Positions 1 through 11,353 of a DNA stretch of 64,000 nucleotides are shown piece after piece (the stretch's first letter is position 1; every line of letters starts with the position of its first letter). The DNA lies in the NCBI GenBank assembly GCA_032886695.1, contig JAUZJE010000001.1:80388-144387 (forward strand), given 5' to 3'. The position numbers were made by a program, and so were the translations under genes. Under the pieces are notes generated by a model. That model was not told the DNA's origin and made no database searches. It saw only the letters and a list, made by a program, of their open reading frames with translations. This DNA is from 'Waltheria sp.' little leaf phytoplasma (GTDB lineage: Bacteria > Bacillota_I > Bacilli_A > Acholeplasmatales > Acholeplasmataceae).

Positions 1-75
1 TCACTAATGGATCACTAGTTGGTGTAACTGGACGTTTCTTTTCATTCACTAATGGATCACTAGTTGGTGTAACTG
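1..75. repeat. 45-bp period tandem repeat (15 aa PVTPTSDPLVNEKKR) in exon 2
   Basis: tcactaatggatcactagttggtgtaactg occurs at 1-30 and 46-75; the array probably continues beyond the window. Confidence 0.85.
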
Positions 76-328
76 AACCTTGAAAAGTATCAATAATATC
101 TTTTGTAGTTTCTGTCAAATCTTTTAATTGATCTGCATTATTACTAAAAAAATTTATTGCATTTTGAGCTTGACTCCAAATTGTTGTTTTTTCATTTGAA
201 TCAGAAAACGTTGGAGAATTAACAGATGGTTCATGTAAAGAACCAGAACCAGATAAGATAGAATTCGAAGAAATATCTTTTAAATCATCTTCATTATCAC
301 CATCATTATTACTATATTCAGATTGTTC
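1..328 (-). CDS. Exon 2 (partial, runs off the window) of a twintron-split membrane-anchored Ser/Asp/Asn-rich protein
   Basis: Stop-free frame EQSEYSNNDGDNEDDLKDISS...FQGSVTPTSDPLVNEKKRPVTPTSDPLV from 328 to the window edge. It has no start codon of its own and is in frame with exon 1 (2065-2232) after intron removal. Confidence 0.8.
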
Positions 329-2064
329 ATGATATGGATAGATTATTTGCGTTTTCTTATCAGGATTTACTTTCTGATATTTATTACAAAACAGCCCCCA
401 TCTAAACCGGACAGGCAAGTTTCCAAGCATCCGGCTTGCCATAATTTACCCTCATTCGAGGACTAACTTAATGTCGCCAATGGTTAGTTTGTTTATTCTG
501 AACGTTTTCTTGTTTCTTAAATTCTTTAATATCGTTTATTTTTAATTAATTCTCTAAAAAATCGCCAGTCCCCTTATAAAACTTTAAGAATGTTCCGATT
601 ATTTAATGAACGATTTTACATGATATTAAAATTCACAAAAAATTAGTTTCTTAAAATAAATAGTTATTGGCATCTATGCTAAATCTTTTTAATTCTTGAA
701 TAAACAATAAATTACTGACTTCTTTCGCCCTATAAAGGTTGTTAACCTTCTTCCTGAGAGAACGATTGACTTAATGATTCCAAATTAAGTTTTACTCCTC
801 CGACTACTAAAAAGTCGCTTTATCCTTGGGCCTAATGACTTTAATCTCATTATTTGTTAATTTAATAACTCTGCCTTTAGGATTCTCCAAGTTACTCTAA
901 ATATCAACCTTGGTTCCTTAGGTGAAATGACCGTTAGAGATTAACGGTAAGATTCCAGGTTTTTTTAATGAATAAACTACCCAATACTATTCACATATAT
1001 TGATAGACTCTGGACTGCTCGGTCTCAGTAGTTTACGAGACAGGTGAATTTATTACATCTACTTAATTCTTAGGCCTTCTCCAGCTTTTCCTTAGAACCA
1101 TTTGGTGGCGGTATCCTTTTGACTAACTACTTCATCGCAACCCGCTTTTAAGAACTGCTGTAATTTTTTATTCTTTCGTTTAAAAAACCGTTCTTATCCT
1201 TTCAATGTTTATTCGCACTGGCAATTGGTTAAATTGCTCGATATTTAGGCATCTTTTGGCGCCCTGAATAGAACTAATATAATTAATTTTATAAAAATTT
1301 ATATAAAAAGTTATATTAAACCCTCACCCAAACCGCACGGGCATATTCCTATGCATACGGCTTTCCGAGTTAAATTATACAAACAATAATATGTATATTT
1401 TAATCTGTTTTTCTTCCCCTTGTGTACAGGTATTACCTGCTCCTTGGTAGGACATGACCCCTACGAGTACTATAAAACTCTGTAAGCATTTATAAAATAT
1501 CTAAGGCGGATAAATGATTAGGCATAAATGCTCAAATCTAAATTAATAAATACCTTATTATTCAAAAAAGATATTTGTAAAAATCTTAATTAAATTTTTT
1601 ATAAGAAGCTTATCCAAGGTAGCTGTTTAATTATTGGTAAGTGTTAAAGATCGCATGGCTTTATTTAAAATAAATCATCCCATTATATTTATAAAAATAT
1701 ATGAAAAACGTTCAAAAATAAGTTTCAAAAACAAAAAATATTTTTCGGATAGAACTTAATTGCAAGATAAAGAAAATACAATTAATGCGTTTGATATGTT
1801 ATAAACAATATTTTATTAATGAATAACATATTTTTTTGATTTATTTTATATTATAGCTTTAATTTAAAAAAAATTTCATGCTTATTTTAACTTCGCCTCG
1901 CATATATTTAAAAAAAATATCAATATTAAAAATAATTATGCTTTTTGAATATGCTATGTTCCCTTATAAATTTTCATTCTCAGGTAAATTCAACGGCTTA
2001 GCATGCTATCCCTATGCTAGGAGGACCATATAATCTCCTAAATTAAACGCCCGAACTTGCGCAC
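329..2064 (-). mobile_element. Outer ORF-less group II intron of a twintron (2064-1265 plus 331-329; 803 nt once the inner intron is removed)
   Basis: 5' GTGCG at 2064. Domain V AAGCCGTATGCATAGGAATATGCCCGTGCGGTTT at 1363-1330. Domain VI ends ...TTCTATTCA|CAT. Putative EBS1 loop TTTATC (1771-1766) pairs with exon end GATAAG. Confidence 0.85.
332..1264 (-). mobile_element. Inner ORF-less group II intron of the twintron (933 nt)
   Basis: 5' GGGCGCCAAAAG at 1264. Domain V AAGCCGGATGCTTGGAAACTTGCCTGTCCGGTTT at 437-404. 3' end CTATCCATAT at 332. Putative EBS1 TGAATA (993-988) is complementary to the upstream TATTCA. Homologous to the tdk intron. Confidence 0.9.
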
Positions 2065-2232
2065 CTTATCCTGTTGTGATTGTGTTAAAATAGATTCATT
2101 TTCTAATAAATCAATTTCATCTGAATTTTCAAAAATATCAATACAAAACATTATCAAAGGGATTACTAAAACAGAAAATATCAATAAAGATAAACCTATA
2201 AACTTTTTATTAAAATTTAATGGTTTGTTCAA
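2065..2232 (-). CDS. Exon 1 (56 codons, N-terminal hydrophobic/TM segment) of the twintron-split membrane-anchored protein
   Basis: MNKPLNFNKKFIGLSLLIFSVLVIPLIMFCID...SQQDK, ending at a codon boundary directly before GTGCG. AAGGGAG RBS-like sequence upstream. Confidence 0.8.
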
Positions 2233-2581
2233 ATATAGTTCACTCCCTTATTCAATTAATTTTTTACAACAATTAATACACTTAAATAAACTATTTTAAT
2301 AAAATTAAATTTTATATTATTTAAAATTTTATTTAATAAATTTTCAAGTTTTTTAAATTTTTTTCATTTTTCAAATTCTTAAGTTTGATATAGTATAATT
2401 TTTTTAATTTAAATTTTTGGGTATTCTATCTATAGTTATCAAAAAAACAAATTACCCACTTTTATTATACCTCAAATAAACTCAAAAATAAACTTGAAAA
2501 ATAAACTCGAAAAAACCTATTCAATTCTTCGTTTTTGTCGGAATATTTTATATTTATATTCTCATCTAACTCAATTAAAAT

Positions 2582-4423
2582 TTATTTAAATTGACTATTA
2601 TACAAATTATAATAAAAACCTTTTTTATTCAATAATTCCGAATGATTACCTTTTTCAATTAACAAACCATTTTTTAAAACTAAAATAACATCTGCATTTA
2701 TAATAGTAGATAAACGATGAGCAATCACAAAAGAAGTTTTATTTTTCAATAATTTTTGCATAGATTGTTGAAACAGAATTTCTATTTGAGTATCAATAGA
2801 AGCAGTAGCTTCATCTAAAATAACTATAGAAGGGTTATTTAAAAAAGTTCTAGCGATAGTAATTAACTGTTTTTCTCCTTGAGAAATATTATCTAATTCT
2901 TCGTTAATCATAGTATTATAACCATCTGGTTTAGTCATGATAAAATCATGAACATTAACTTGTTTAGCAGCTTGCACCACCTGTTCTTCTGTAGCATTAA
3001 AATTACCATAACGAATATTATCCATAATAGTACCACAAAATAACCATTCATCTTGAACCACTATACCAATAATTTTACGTAAATCACTTTTTTTAATAGT
3101 AGAAATATCTACTCCATCAATTGTAATCTTGCCAGAAGTTAAATCATAAAAACGAACCAATAAATTAACTAAACTAGTTTTGCCAGATCCTGTAGGACCA
3201 ACAATAGCGACCATTTGATTTTTTTTAATCTCAAAATTAATATCCTTAAGAATAGGTTGATCAGTATGATATTGAAAATTAACATGAGAAAATTTCACAA
3301 AACCCTCTACATTAGAAATAGTTAAATTATTTTTTACATCTAATTCTTCGCTTTCGGATAAAAAAGTAAAAATACGATTAGCAGCAGAAGAGGTAGATTG
3401 TAAAATAACAAACATCTGACTTAAATCTCTTAATGGATTTCCTAAACGCCAAATATATTTCATAAATGATTGAAACATTCCTAATTGAATAGCGCCAAAT
3501 CCCAATTTCAATAATAAATATGGTATTTCTGTATCTTGATAATTCAACAAAAAATAACCTAATATAACAATAAAAGTCATCACAATATAAGTAAAACTAT
3601 TAATAATAGGCATGACTAATCCAGAAATCCAATTAGATTTAAAAATAGTAGAAGATAATTGTTTGTTTAAATTTTGAAAATCATTAATATTATTCACTTG
3701 TTGATTATATAAAATAATCTCTTTATGTCCGGTATATTTTTCTTGTAAAAAACCAAAATATTCTCCTGTTTTTTCAAATCTTTGAATAAAAACTGAACGA
3801 GCTTTTTTATTAATTAACCAAATCACAAATAAAGAACTCGGTATCATTAAACAAATTAACAAAGCAAATCTTACATTTGCCCAAAACATAATAAAAATAA
3901 TCATCAAAATACTAAAACAAGAAAGCACAAAAGCTACACAAGATTGCTGTAAACCATTAGAAACTGTTTCCAAATCATTGATCGCAATACTCATAATATT
4001 GCCTATAGTGTTATTTTCGAAATATGATATAGGCAATCTTAACATTTTTTGATAAACACGTTGTCTAATATTTTGAACAGATTTATGAATAATTACAATA
4101 ATTAATTTATTATAAATAAATCGAGCTATAATACACAAAATATATAATAACAAATTAATAGATAATAAAAGAAAAATATAACCCATATATTCAGATATAT
4201 TTTTAAAATAACTAATAAAAGATTTACGAAGAAAATCAAGAATAATATGATCTTTGTAGATAATTTTCGAATTATTCTTGAAATTATTTTGAATAAAATT
4301 AATAATAACATTACCTTCAAAAATCACAATAAAAGCATCTATAGCAGCCACTAAAAAAATCAAAAAAATGCTAATAAAAATTTCTTTACGAAAAGGTTTT
4401 AAAAAATAAAATATTTTTTTCAA
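2582..4423 (-). CDS. ABC multidrug-type exporter, fused permease/ATPase (heterodimer subunit)
   Basis: TM domain, Walker A GPTGSGKT, signature ISQGEKQ, Walker B ILDE, IAHRLST. Confidence 0.92.
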   Translation of the reverse strand: MKKIFYFLKPFRKEIFISIFLIFLVAAIDAFIVIFEGNVIINFIQNNFKNNSKIIYKDHIILDFLRKSFISYFKNISEYMGYIFLLLSINLLLYILCIIARFIYNKLIIVIIHKSVQNIRQRVYQKMLRLPISYFENNTIGNIMSIAINDLETVSNGLQQSCVAFVLSCFSILMIIFIMFWANVRFALLICLMIPSSLFVIWLINKKARSVFIQRFEKTGEYFGFLQEKYTGHKEIILYNQQVNNINDFQNLNKQLSSTIFKSNWISGLVMPIINSFTYIVMTFIVILGYFLLNYQDTEIPYLLLKLGFGAIQLGMFQSFMKYIWRLGNPLRDLSQMFVILQSTSSAANRIFTFLSESEELDVKNNLTISNVEGFVKFSHVNFQYHTDQPILKDINFEIKKNQMVAIVGPTGSGKTSLVNLLVRFYDLTSGKITIDGVDISTIKKSDLRKIIGIVVQDEWLFCGTIMDNIRYGNFNATEEQVVQAAKQVNVHDFIMTKPDGYNTMINEELDNISQGEKQLITIARTFLNNPSIVILDEATASIDTQIEILFQQSMQKLLKNKTSFVIAHRLSTIINADVILVLKNGLLIEKGNHSELLNKKGFYYNLYNSQFK

Positions 4424-6153
4424 TTTAGAACCTCTTTTATTTTTTGCGAAAATGCAATATTTTTATAAATTTGACACCTATGCATTAACTCCTCATGCTT
4501 ACCGATATCAATAATTTTACCATCATCTAAAACAATAATTTTATCAGCATTTAAAATAGAACTCAATCTCTGAGCTACTATAATGATAATAGAATCTTTC
4601 CTTAAATAACTTAAATTTTGACGAATAGTTAAATCAGTTTGATAATCTAAAGCAGAAAAAGAATCATCAAAAATATAAATATCAGGTTTTTTTAATAAAA
4701 CCTTAGTAATAGCTAATCTTTGTTTTTGCCCTCCAGAAAAATTAGAACCTAATTCACTAACTGGTTCTTGTAATTTTCCTTTAGTTTTATTAATAAAATC
4801 ATAAGATTGAGCTATTTTAGCAAATTCTAAAATTTCTTCAGAATCTGCATTAGATTTTCCAAAAGCTAAATTACTTAAAATAGTACCTTTAAATAAAATA
4901 TTCTTTTGAGAAACTACACCAATCTTATTCCTTAAAGAAGTTAAATTATATAATTTAATATCTATTCCATTAATTAACAGACAACCTTTAATAGGATCTA
5001 TCAACCTAGGAATCAAATTAATTAAAGTGCTTTTTCCAGAACCCGTAGAACCAACCAAAGCAATTAATTCTGAAGAATGAACTTTAAAATTAATATCTGA
5101 TAAAATAAGTTTATCTTTTTGATCGTATCTAAAATCAACATTTCTAAACTCCAAACTTACAATAGGTTTGGATAAATCAAAATTATATTGTAAATTATTT
5201 TTAATTTCAGATTTAATATTTAATAAATATTCTATTTTTCTTAAAGATACTAAAGCTTTAGGGAACATAGTAGATAATAATAAAAAATTTAAAATCGAAT
5301 AAAGTATATGATATTGCAAATTAATACAATTATAAAGGTCGCCTAAACGAAAATCAGCTGGAATACCTAATTTTAAAATATAAGCACCAAATCCAGTAGT
5401 AAAAATAATAGAAATATTTAATAATAAATAAAATAAAGGTTCCATTGAAAAAATTGAATTAAATAAATGAATATTTAAAAAAGCATATTGAGAATTTATG
5501 GTATTAAATTGAGAACATTCATAATCTTCTGTATTTAAAGTTTTAATAACTTTGATACCAGTTAAATTTTCACGTAATTTTGAATTTATTTGTTCTAAAA
5601 CTTTTTGTTTTTTAGTAGATAAAAAATTATTTTTAAAAATAATACAAACAAAAATAATAACTAAAAATGGTATAACAGCTAAAACAATATAAGAAAAAAT
5701 CATATAAATACGATTTATTAAAATTAAACTAATAATTAACATAATAGGAGATACAATTAAAGCTCTATAAAGGCTAGCCATAAAATTAACAATTTGACCA
5801 ACACAAGTAATACTACAATTCATTAAAAAAGGTACACCAAGTTTTTTCATTTCTATAATTGAAAAAGTTTGAATTTTTTCAAAAATATCTGTATTTAAAT
5901 CTTTAAAAACTAAAGATGCTGTTTTCGCAGAACAAAAATTAATAATTAAATTACCAATAATAGCACATAAAACCAATAATAATAAAGAAAAAGTAACAAA
6001 TAAAAAATTTTGCGAAGAAACAGGATTATCAATAATATAACGACCTATCATCAAAGGAATTCCGATTTCACCACTCGCTATAAATAAAACTGCCAAAACA
6101 TTTAAAAAAAGTATCATTTTATAACGTATAATATACTTAAAAATTAATTTCAT
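4420..6153 (-). CDS. ABC multidrug-type exporter, fused permease/ATPase (degenerate-site partner subunit)
   Basis: GSTGSGKS, FSGGQKQR, degenerate Walker B FDDSFSALD and AQR switch typical of asymmetric heterodimers. Overlaps its partner by 4 nt. Confidence 0.92.
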   Translation of the reverse strand: MKLIFKYIIRYKMILFLNVLAVLFIASGEIGIPLMIGRYIIDNPVSSQNFLFVTFSLLLLVLCAIIGNLIINFCSAKTASLVFKDLNTDIFEKIQTFSIIEMKKLGVPFLMNCSITCVGQIVNFMASLYRALIVSPIMLIISLILINRIYMIFSYIVLAVIPFLVIIFVCIIFKNNFLSTKKQKVLEQINSKLRENLTGIKVIKTLNTEDYECSQFNTINSQYAFLNIHLFNSIFSMEPLFYLLLNISIIFTTGFGAYILKLGIPADFRLGDLYNCINLQYHILYSILNFLLLSTMFPKALVSLRKIEYLLNIKSEIKNNLQYNFDLSKPIVSLEFRNVDFRYDQKDKLILSDINFKVHSSELIALVGSTGSGKSTLINLIPRLIDPIKGCLLINGIDIKLYNLTSLRNKIGVVSQKNILFKGTILSNLAFGKSNADSEEILEFAKIAQSYDFINKTKGKLQEPVSELGSNFSGGQKQRLAITKVLLKKPDIYIFDDSFSALDYQTDLTIRQNLSYLRKDSIIIIVAQRLSSILNADKIIVLDDGKIIDIGKHEELMHRCQIYKNIAFSQKIKEVLN

Positions 6154-6368
6154 AAAACTGATTTTATACCTTCTTAATCAAATAAAAATCAAAAAAATTA
6201 AATTTTTTAATAATCTTTATTCATTTGTTTGAATATCAATAAAAATTCTAACATTTTTTTGATATTTTTATATAAAAAAAAAATTAATCCATTATATCAA
6301 AAAAACTTATTTGTTTTTTTAAAATATGAATTAATTTTTCACAAAATATAAATTAATTTATTTAAATA

Positions 6369-8033
<1,665 letters not shown>

Positions 8034-8094
8034 CTAATAAATAATTAATTTTTGAAAATTTTAAAAATAATTAATATTAATAAAAATCAAATTC

Positions 8095-8379
8095 TTAAGA
8101 ATTAACCTTATTATTAATCTTAGCAATAATATTTTCTGATTTAACAATCAAATATTCTTCTTCTTGCAATTGAACCTTTTCTCCAGAATAATTCTTATAC
8201 ACTACTAAATCATCAGTTTTTAAATTAGTGACTTGCGGTCCAAAACTAACTACAATCCCTAAAGATTCTTCTTTACGAGGGTTAGTACTAACAATAAGAC
8301 CTGAAGAAGTACGTTCATCTTGAAATTTTGGTTTTAAAACAACATAATCATTTAAAGGTTGAATTAAAAAATTTGTCAT
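8095..8379 (-). CDS. groES: Co-chaperonin GroES
   Basis: IQPLNDYVVL, TSSGLI; directly upstream of groEL. Confidence 0.95.
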   Translation of the reverse strand: MTNFLIQPLNDYVVLKPKFQDERTSSGLIVSTNPRKEESLGIVVSFGPQVTNLKTDDLVVYKNYSGEKVQLQEEEYLIVKSENIIAKINNKVNS

Positions 8380-8559
8380 AAATTTCTCCTTTTTTATAAA
8401 ATAATCAAATTTAAAATTTTTTTATATAATGAAAGATAAATTAAAAAATTTTAACAATAATATTTTTAATTATTTTATCAAATAAATTTTAAGAATTCTA
8501 TTATTCCTTAAAAGCTTAAATAAACAATTATAAAATAAATATTCAAAAATGAGTAGATT

Positions 8560-9179
8560 ATTTGCATTTCGATATTCGAAAATTGTCTTTCTGATATCTA
8601 TTACAAACAGTCTTTTTTTAAACTTAAAAAAGTTTCTGACTGTCAAATGAAATAATATCTTATTATAAGATATTAAAATTCTTTCATCTTGCAAAGATCA
8701 TTATTCTTTGCCTTAGCCAGGTTCTTATAAAATATTTGCTTTGTCTTTTGGTCTGATAATTTTTATTACCTCCATTGTTCTTTTAATAACTGTAGCCTTT
8801 AGGGGAATCTTTTTAACTTTTTTTTTAATTTTAAATATCTACCTTAGTTATTAAAGAAAAGGCGATCGTTAAAAAGCTATGAAAATCCAGTTTTCAATTG
8901 ATAAACTAGCCAATACCAATAATTTATATTGATAAATTTTGAACCTCTCACTTATAGTAGTTTGCGAAACAGGTTTATAGTAGATCAGCCATTTTTAACT
9001 TATCTTTGTAATCATATGGCAGTATCATATTTTGAACTAATTAATTAGTCGTAACCTACTTTTAAGAACTGTGTTAATTATTTATCTTTTCCTTTAAAAA
9101 ACCGGTCTTATCCTTGAAATGTTTATCAGCGCACTGGTTATTGGTTAGATAACATGATATTCATGTCTCTTCGACGTCC
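8560..9179 (-). pseudogene. Decayed 5' portion of a group II intron with N-terminal IEP debris
   Basis: GGACGTCGAAGAGACATGAATATCATGTTATCTAACCAATAACCAGTGCG aligns with the 5' ends of the 1264 and 56942 introns. No domain V found; left boundary approximate. Confidence 0.7.
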
Positions 9180-9244
9180 AGCACTAATTAATTATAATTC
9201 AATTTATAATCTTTTTTCAATATCAATTTAACAAAAAAACAAAA

Positions 9245-11191
9245 TTAAATTTTATTTTTAATCACATGTTGAAACATTTGTAAAAACTCATTCATAGACA
9301 TATTATGTTGTTCAAGTTTATTATATTGACGAACATGTAAAATATTATTTTGAATTTCACGTTCTCCAATAATAACTTGAAAAGGAATTTTTTCTTGATA
9401 AGCAGAACGAATTTTATAATTAAAAGTGTGATCTTTATCATTTAATTCCACTCTTATATGATTTCGTAACATTTCTTTTCGCAAATGTTTAACATAATCA
9501 AGGTGTAATTCGTTATTAACTGGAATAATAACAACTTGTACAGGCGCAATCCATAAAGGAAAAAAGCCCTTATTCTGTTCCATTAAATAAGCAGTAAATC
9601 TTTCTATAGTAGATGTGATAGCTCTATGAATAACTACAGGAGTTTTATTTTGATTATTACAATCTATATAAGATAAATGAAATCTTTTAGGCAATAAAAA
9701 ATCTAATTGAATAGTTGATAAAGTGATTTCATGATGTAAAGCAGTTAGAACTTGTACATCAACTTTAGGACCATAAAAAGCAGCATCACCGATTTTTTCC
9801 TGATACTTAAGATCTAATTCGTTTAAAATATCTCTTAAAATTTTTTCAGAATTTAACCACATATCAGGATCATCAAAATATTTATTCTTATTATTAGGAT
9901 CATGAGTACTTAAATTAAAATAATAATCTCGAATTTGAAAATCTTGATAAACCTCTTTAATTAAATTAATAATTTCAACAAATTCTTGTTTAATTTGTTC
10001 CGGTGCAATAAAAATATGAGCATCATTTAAAGACATAGCTCGTACTCTTTGCAATCCTGAAACAGCTCCGGAAGGTTCATAACGATGCAAAAGACCTAAT
10101 TCAGCTATTTTTATAGGCAAATCTTTATAACTATATATTTTTTGACGAAAAATTTCCATATGATGAGGACAATTCATAGGTCGTAAAATTAATTGTTCAC
10201 CATCTGGTAATTGCATAATGGGAAACATATCTTCATTGTATAATTCTAAATGACCAGATGTTTTATATAAAGAGATATTAGCTACAACCGGAGTATAAAC
10301 GTGTTGATATCCATACGATATTTCTTTATCAACAATATATCTTTCAATAATACGACGAATAGTTGCTCCTTTAGATAACCAAAAAGGCAATCCAGTTCCA
10401 ACAACTGACGAAAACATAAAAAAATTCTGTTCTTTATTAATAAATTTATGATCTCTTTTTTTTCTTTCATCTAAAGTTTTTAAATAATTAGCTAAATCCT
10501 GTTTTCGAAAAAAAGCTACCCCATAAATACGAATTAAAACCTTATTTTTTTCATTTCCTTTCCAATAAACTCCAGATATTTTTAAAATTTTAAAATAACG
10601 ATTAAGATTAATATTAGGTAAATATTGATCTTCTGTACAAAAATCTAAAAAATTACCTTTTTTATATAAAAATAACTTTTGCGAAGACTGAATTTTTTGC
10701 AAAGAATCTATTTTATAATAATTAAATTTAAATAAACTTCGAATTTCAGAAACAGATAATTCTGTTTCAGTAATAGGTAATTTTTCTCGCATAATATTAA
10801 TCATAGTTTTTTCAATAATACCAAAATCTTTTTCTGAAATTATATTATTAACTGGATCAATATCACAACAAAAACCTTCTGAATTTATATATTTATCCAC
10901 TAATAATGCATTCGGATAAACACGACAAATAGCCTGAGCCATAATTAAAGCAGTATTGTTATTTAAAATAGACCAAGCTATACTATCAGATATTGTAATA
11001 ATATTTAATACACCATCTTCATTTAAAGGCTTATCTAAATGAACTAATTTATTATTAAAATAAGCTGCTATTGGTAATTTTTCAGAATTATTTAAAAATT
11101 CTAAATTTTCAGAAATAATAATTTTACTAACAGTAATATTATTTGGAAATATTTTTTTTTGATTATTTTGTCGATATTCAATTTCAATCAT
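9245..11191 (-). CDS. thrS: Threonine--tRNA ligase
   Basis: RIYGVAF, RDHK, LRPMNCPHH, AAFYGPKVD, VIHRA. ATG at 11191 with AAAGGA upstream is preferred to the TTG at 11215. Confidence 0.97.
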   Translation of the reverse strand: MIEIEYRQNNQKKIFPNNITVSKIIISENLEFLNNSEKLPIAAYFNNKLVHLDKPLNEDGVLNIITISDSIAWSILNNNTALIMAQAICRVYPNALLVDKYINSEGFCCDIDPVNNIISEKDFGIIEKTMINIMREKLPITETELSVSEIRSLFKFNYYKIDSLQKIQSSQKLFLYKKGNFLDFCTEDQYLPNINLNRYFKILKISGVYWKGNEKNKVLIRIYGVAFFRKQDLANYLKTLDERKKRDHKFINKEQNFFMFSSVVGTGLPFWLSKGATIRRIIERYIVDKEISYGYQHVYTPVVANISLYKTSGHLELYNEDMFPIMQLPDGEQLILRPMNCPHHMEIFRQKIYSYKDLPIKIAELGLLHRYEPSGAVSGLQRVRAMSLNDAHIFIAPEQIKQEFVEIINLIKEVYQDFQIRDYYFNLSTHDPNNKNKYFDDPDMWLNSEKILRDILNELDLKYQEKIGDAAFYGPKVDVQVLTALHHEITLSTIQLDFLLPKRFHLSYIDCNNQNKTPVVIHRAITSTIERFTAYLMEQNKGFFPLWIAPVQVVIIPVNNELHLDYVKHLRKEMLRNHIRVELNDKDHTFNYKIRSAYQEKIPFQVIIGEREIQNNILHVRQYNKLEQHNMSMNEFLQMFQHVIKNKI

Positions 11192-11353
11192 GTCATAATC
11201 CGATCCTTTAAACAATTTAAATTATTTTATAAAATTATTCCAATAATTAATTTACATTTATTAATAAAAATAAAAATATTTTCAATCTTGAAAAAATTAA
11301 ATAAAAAAATAACAAATAACATGTGTAAATAAAAAAACTAAAAATAATAAATA

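Noticed and set aside
2038-2232. 64-aa ORF as a complete small gene
   Set aside because: Its last 8 codons and stop come from the intron 5' end (GTGCG...); treated as exon 1.
2057-2299. Plus-strand 80-aa ORF, and similar shadow ORFs at 4126, 10282, 13785, 15037, 16163, 23304, 25342, 29212, 33629, 52242, 57109 and 62968
   Set aside because: Antisense or alternative-frame overlaps of well-supported genes with no recognisable motifs.
8470-8694. 74-aa ORF upstream of groES
   Set aside because: Lies in intron/IEP debris, has a TTG start and no RBS; not treated as a gene.
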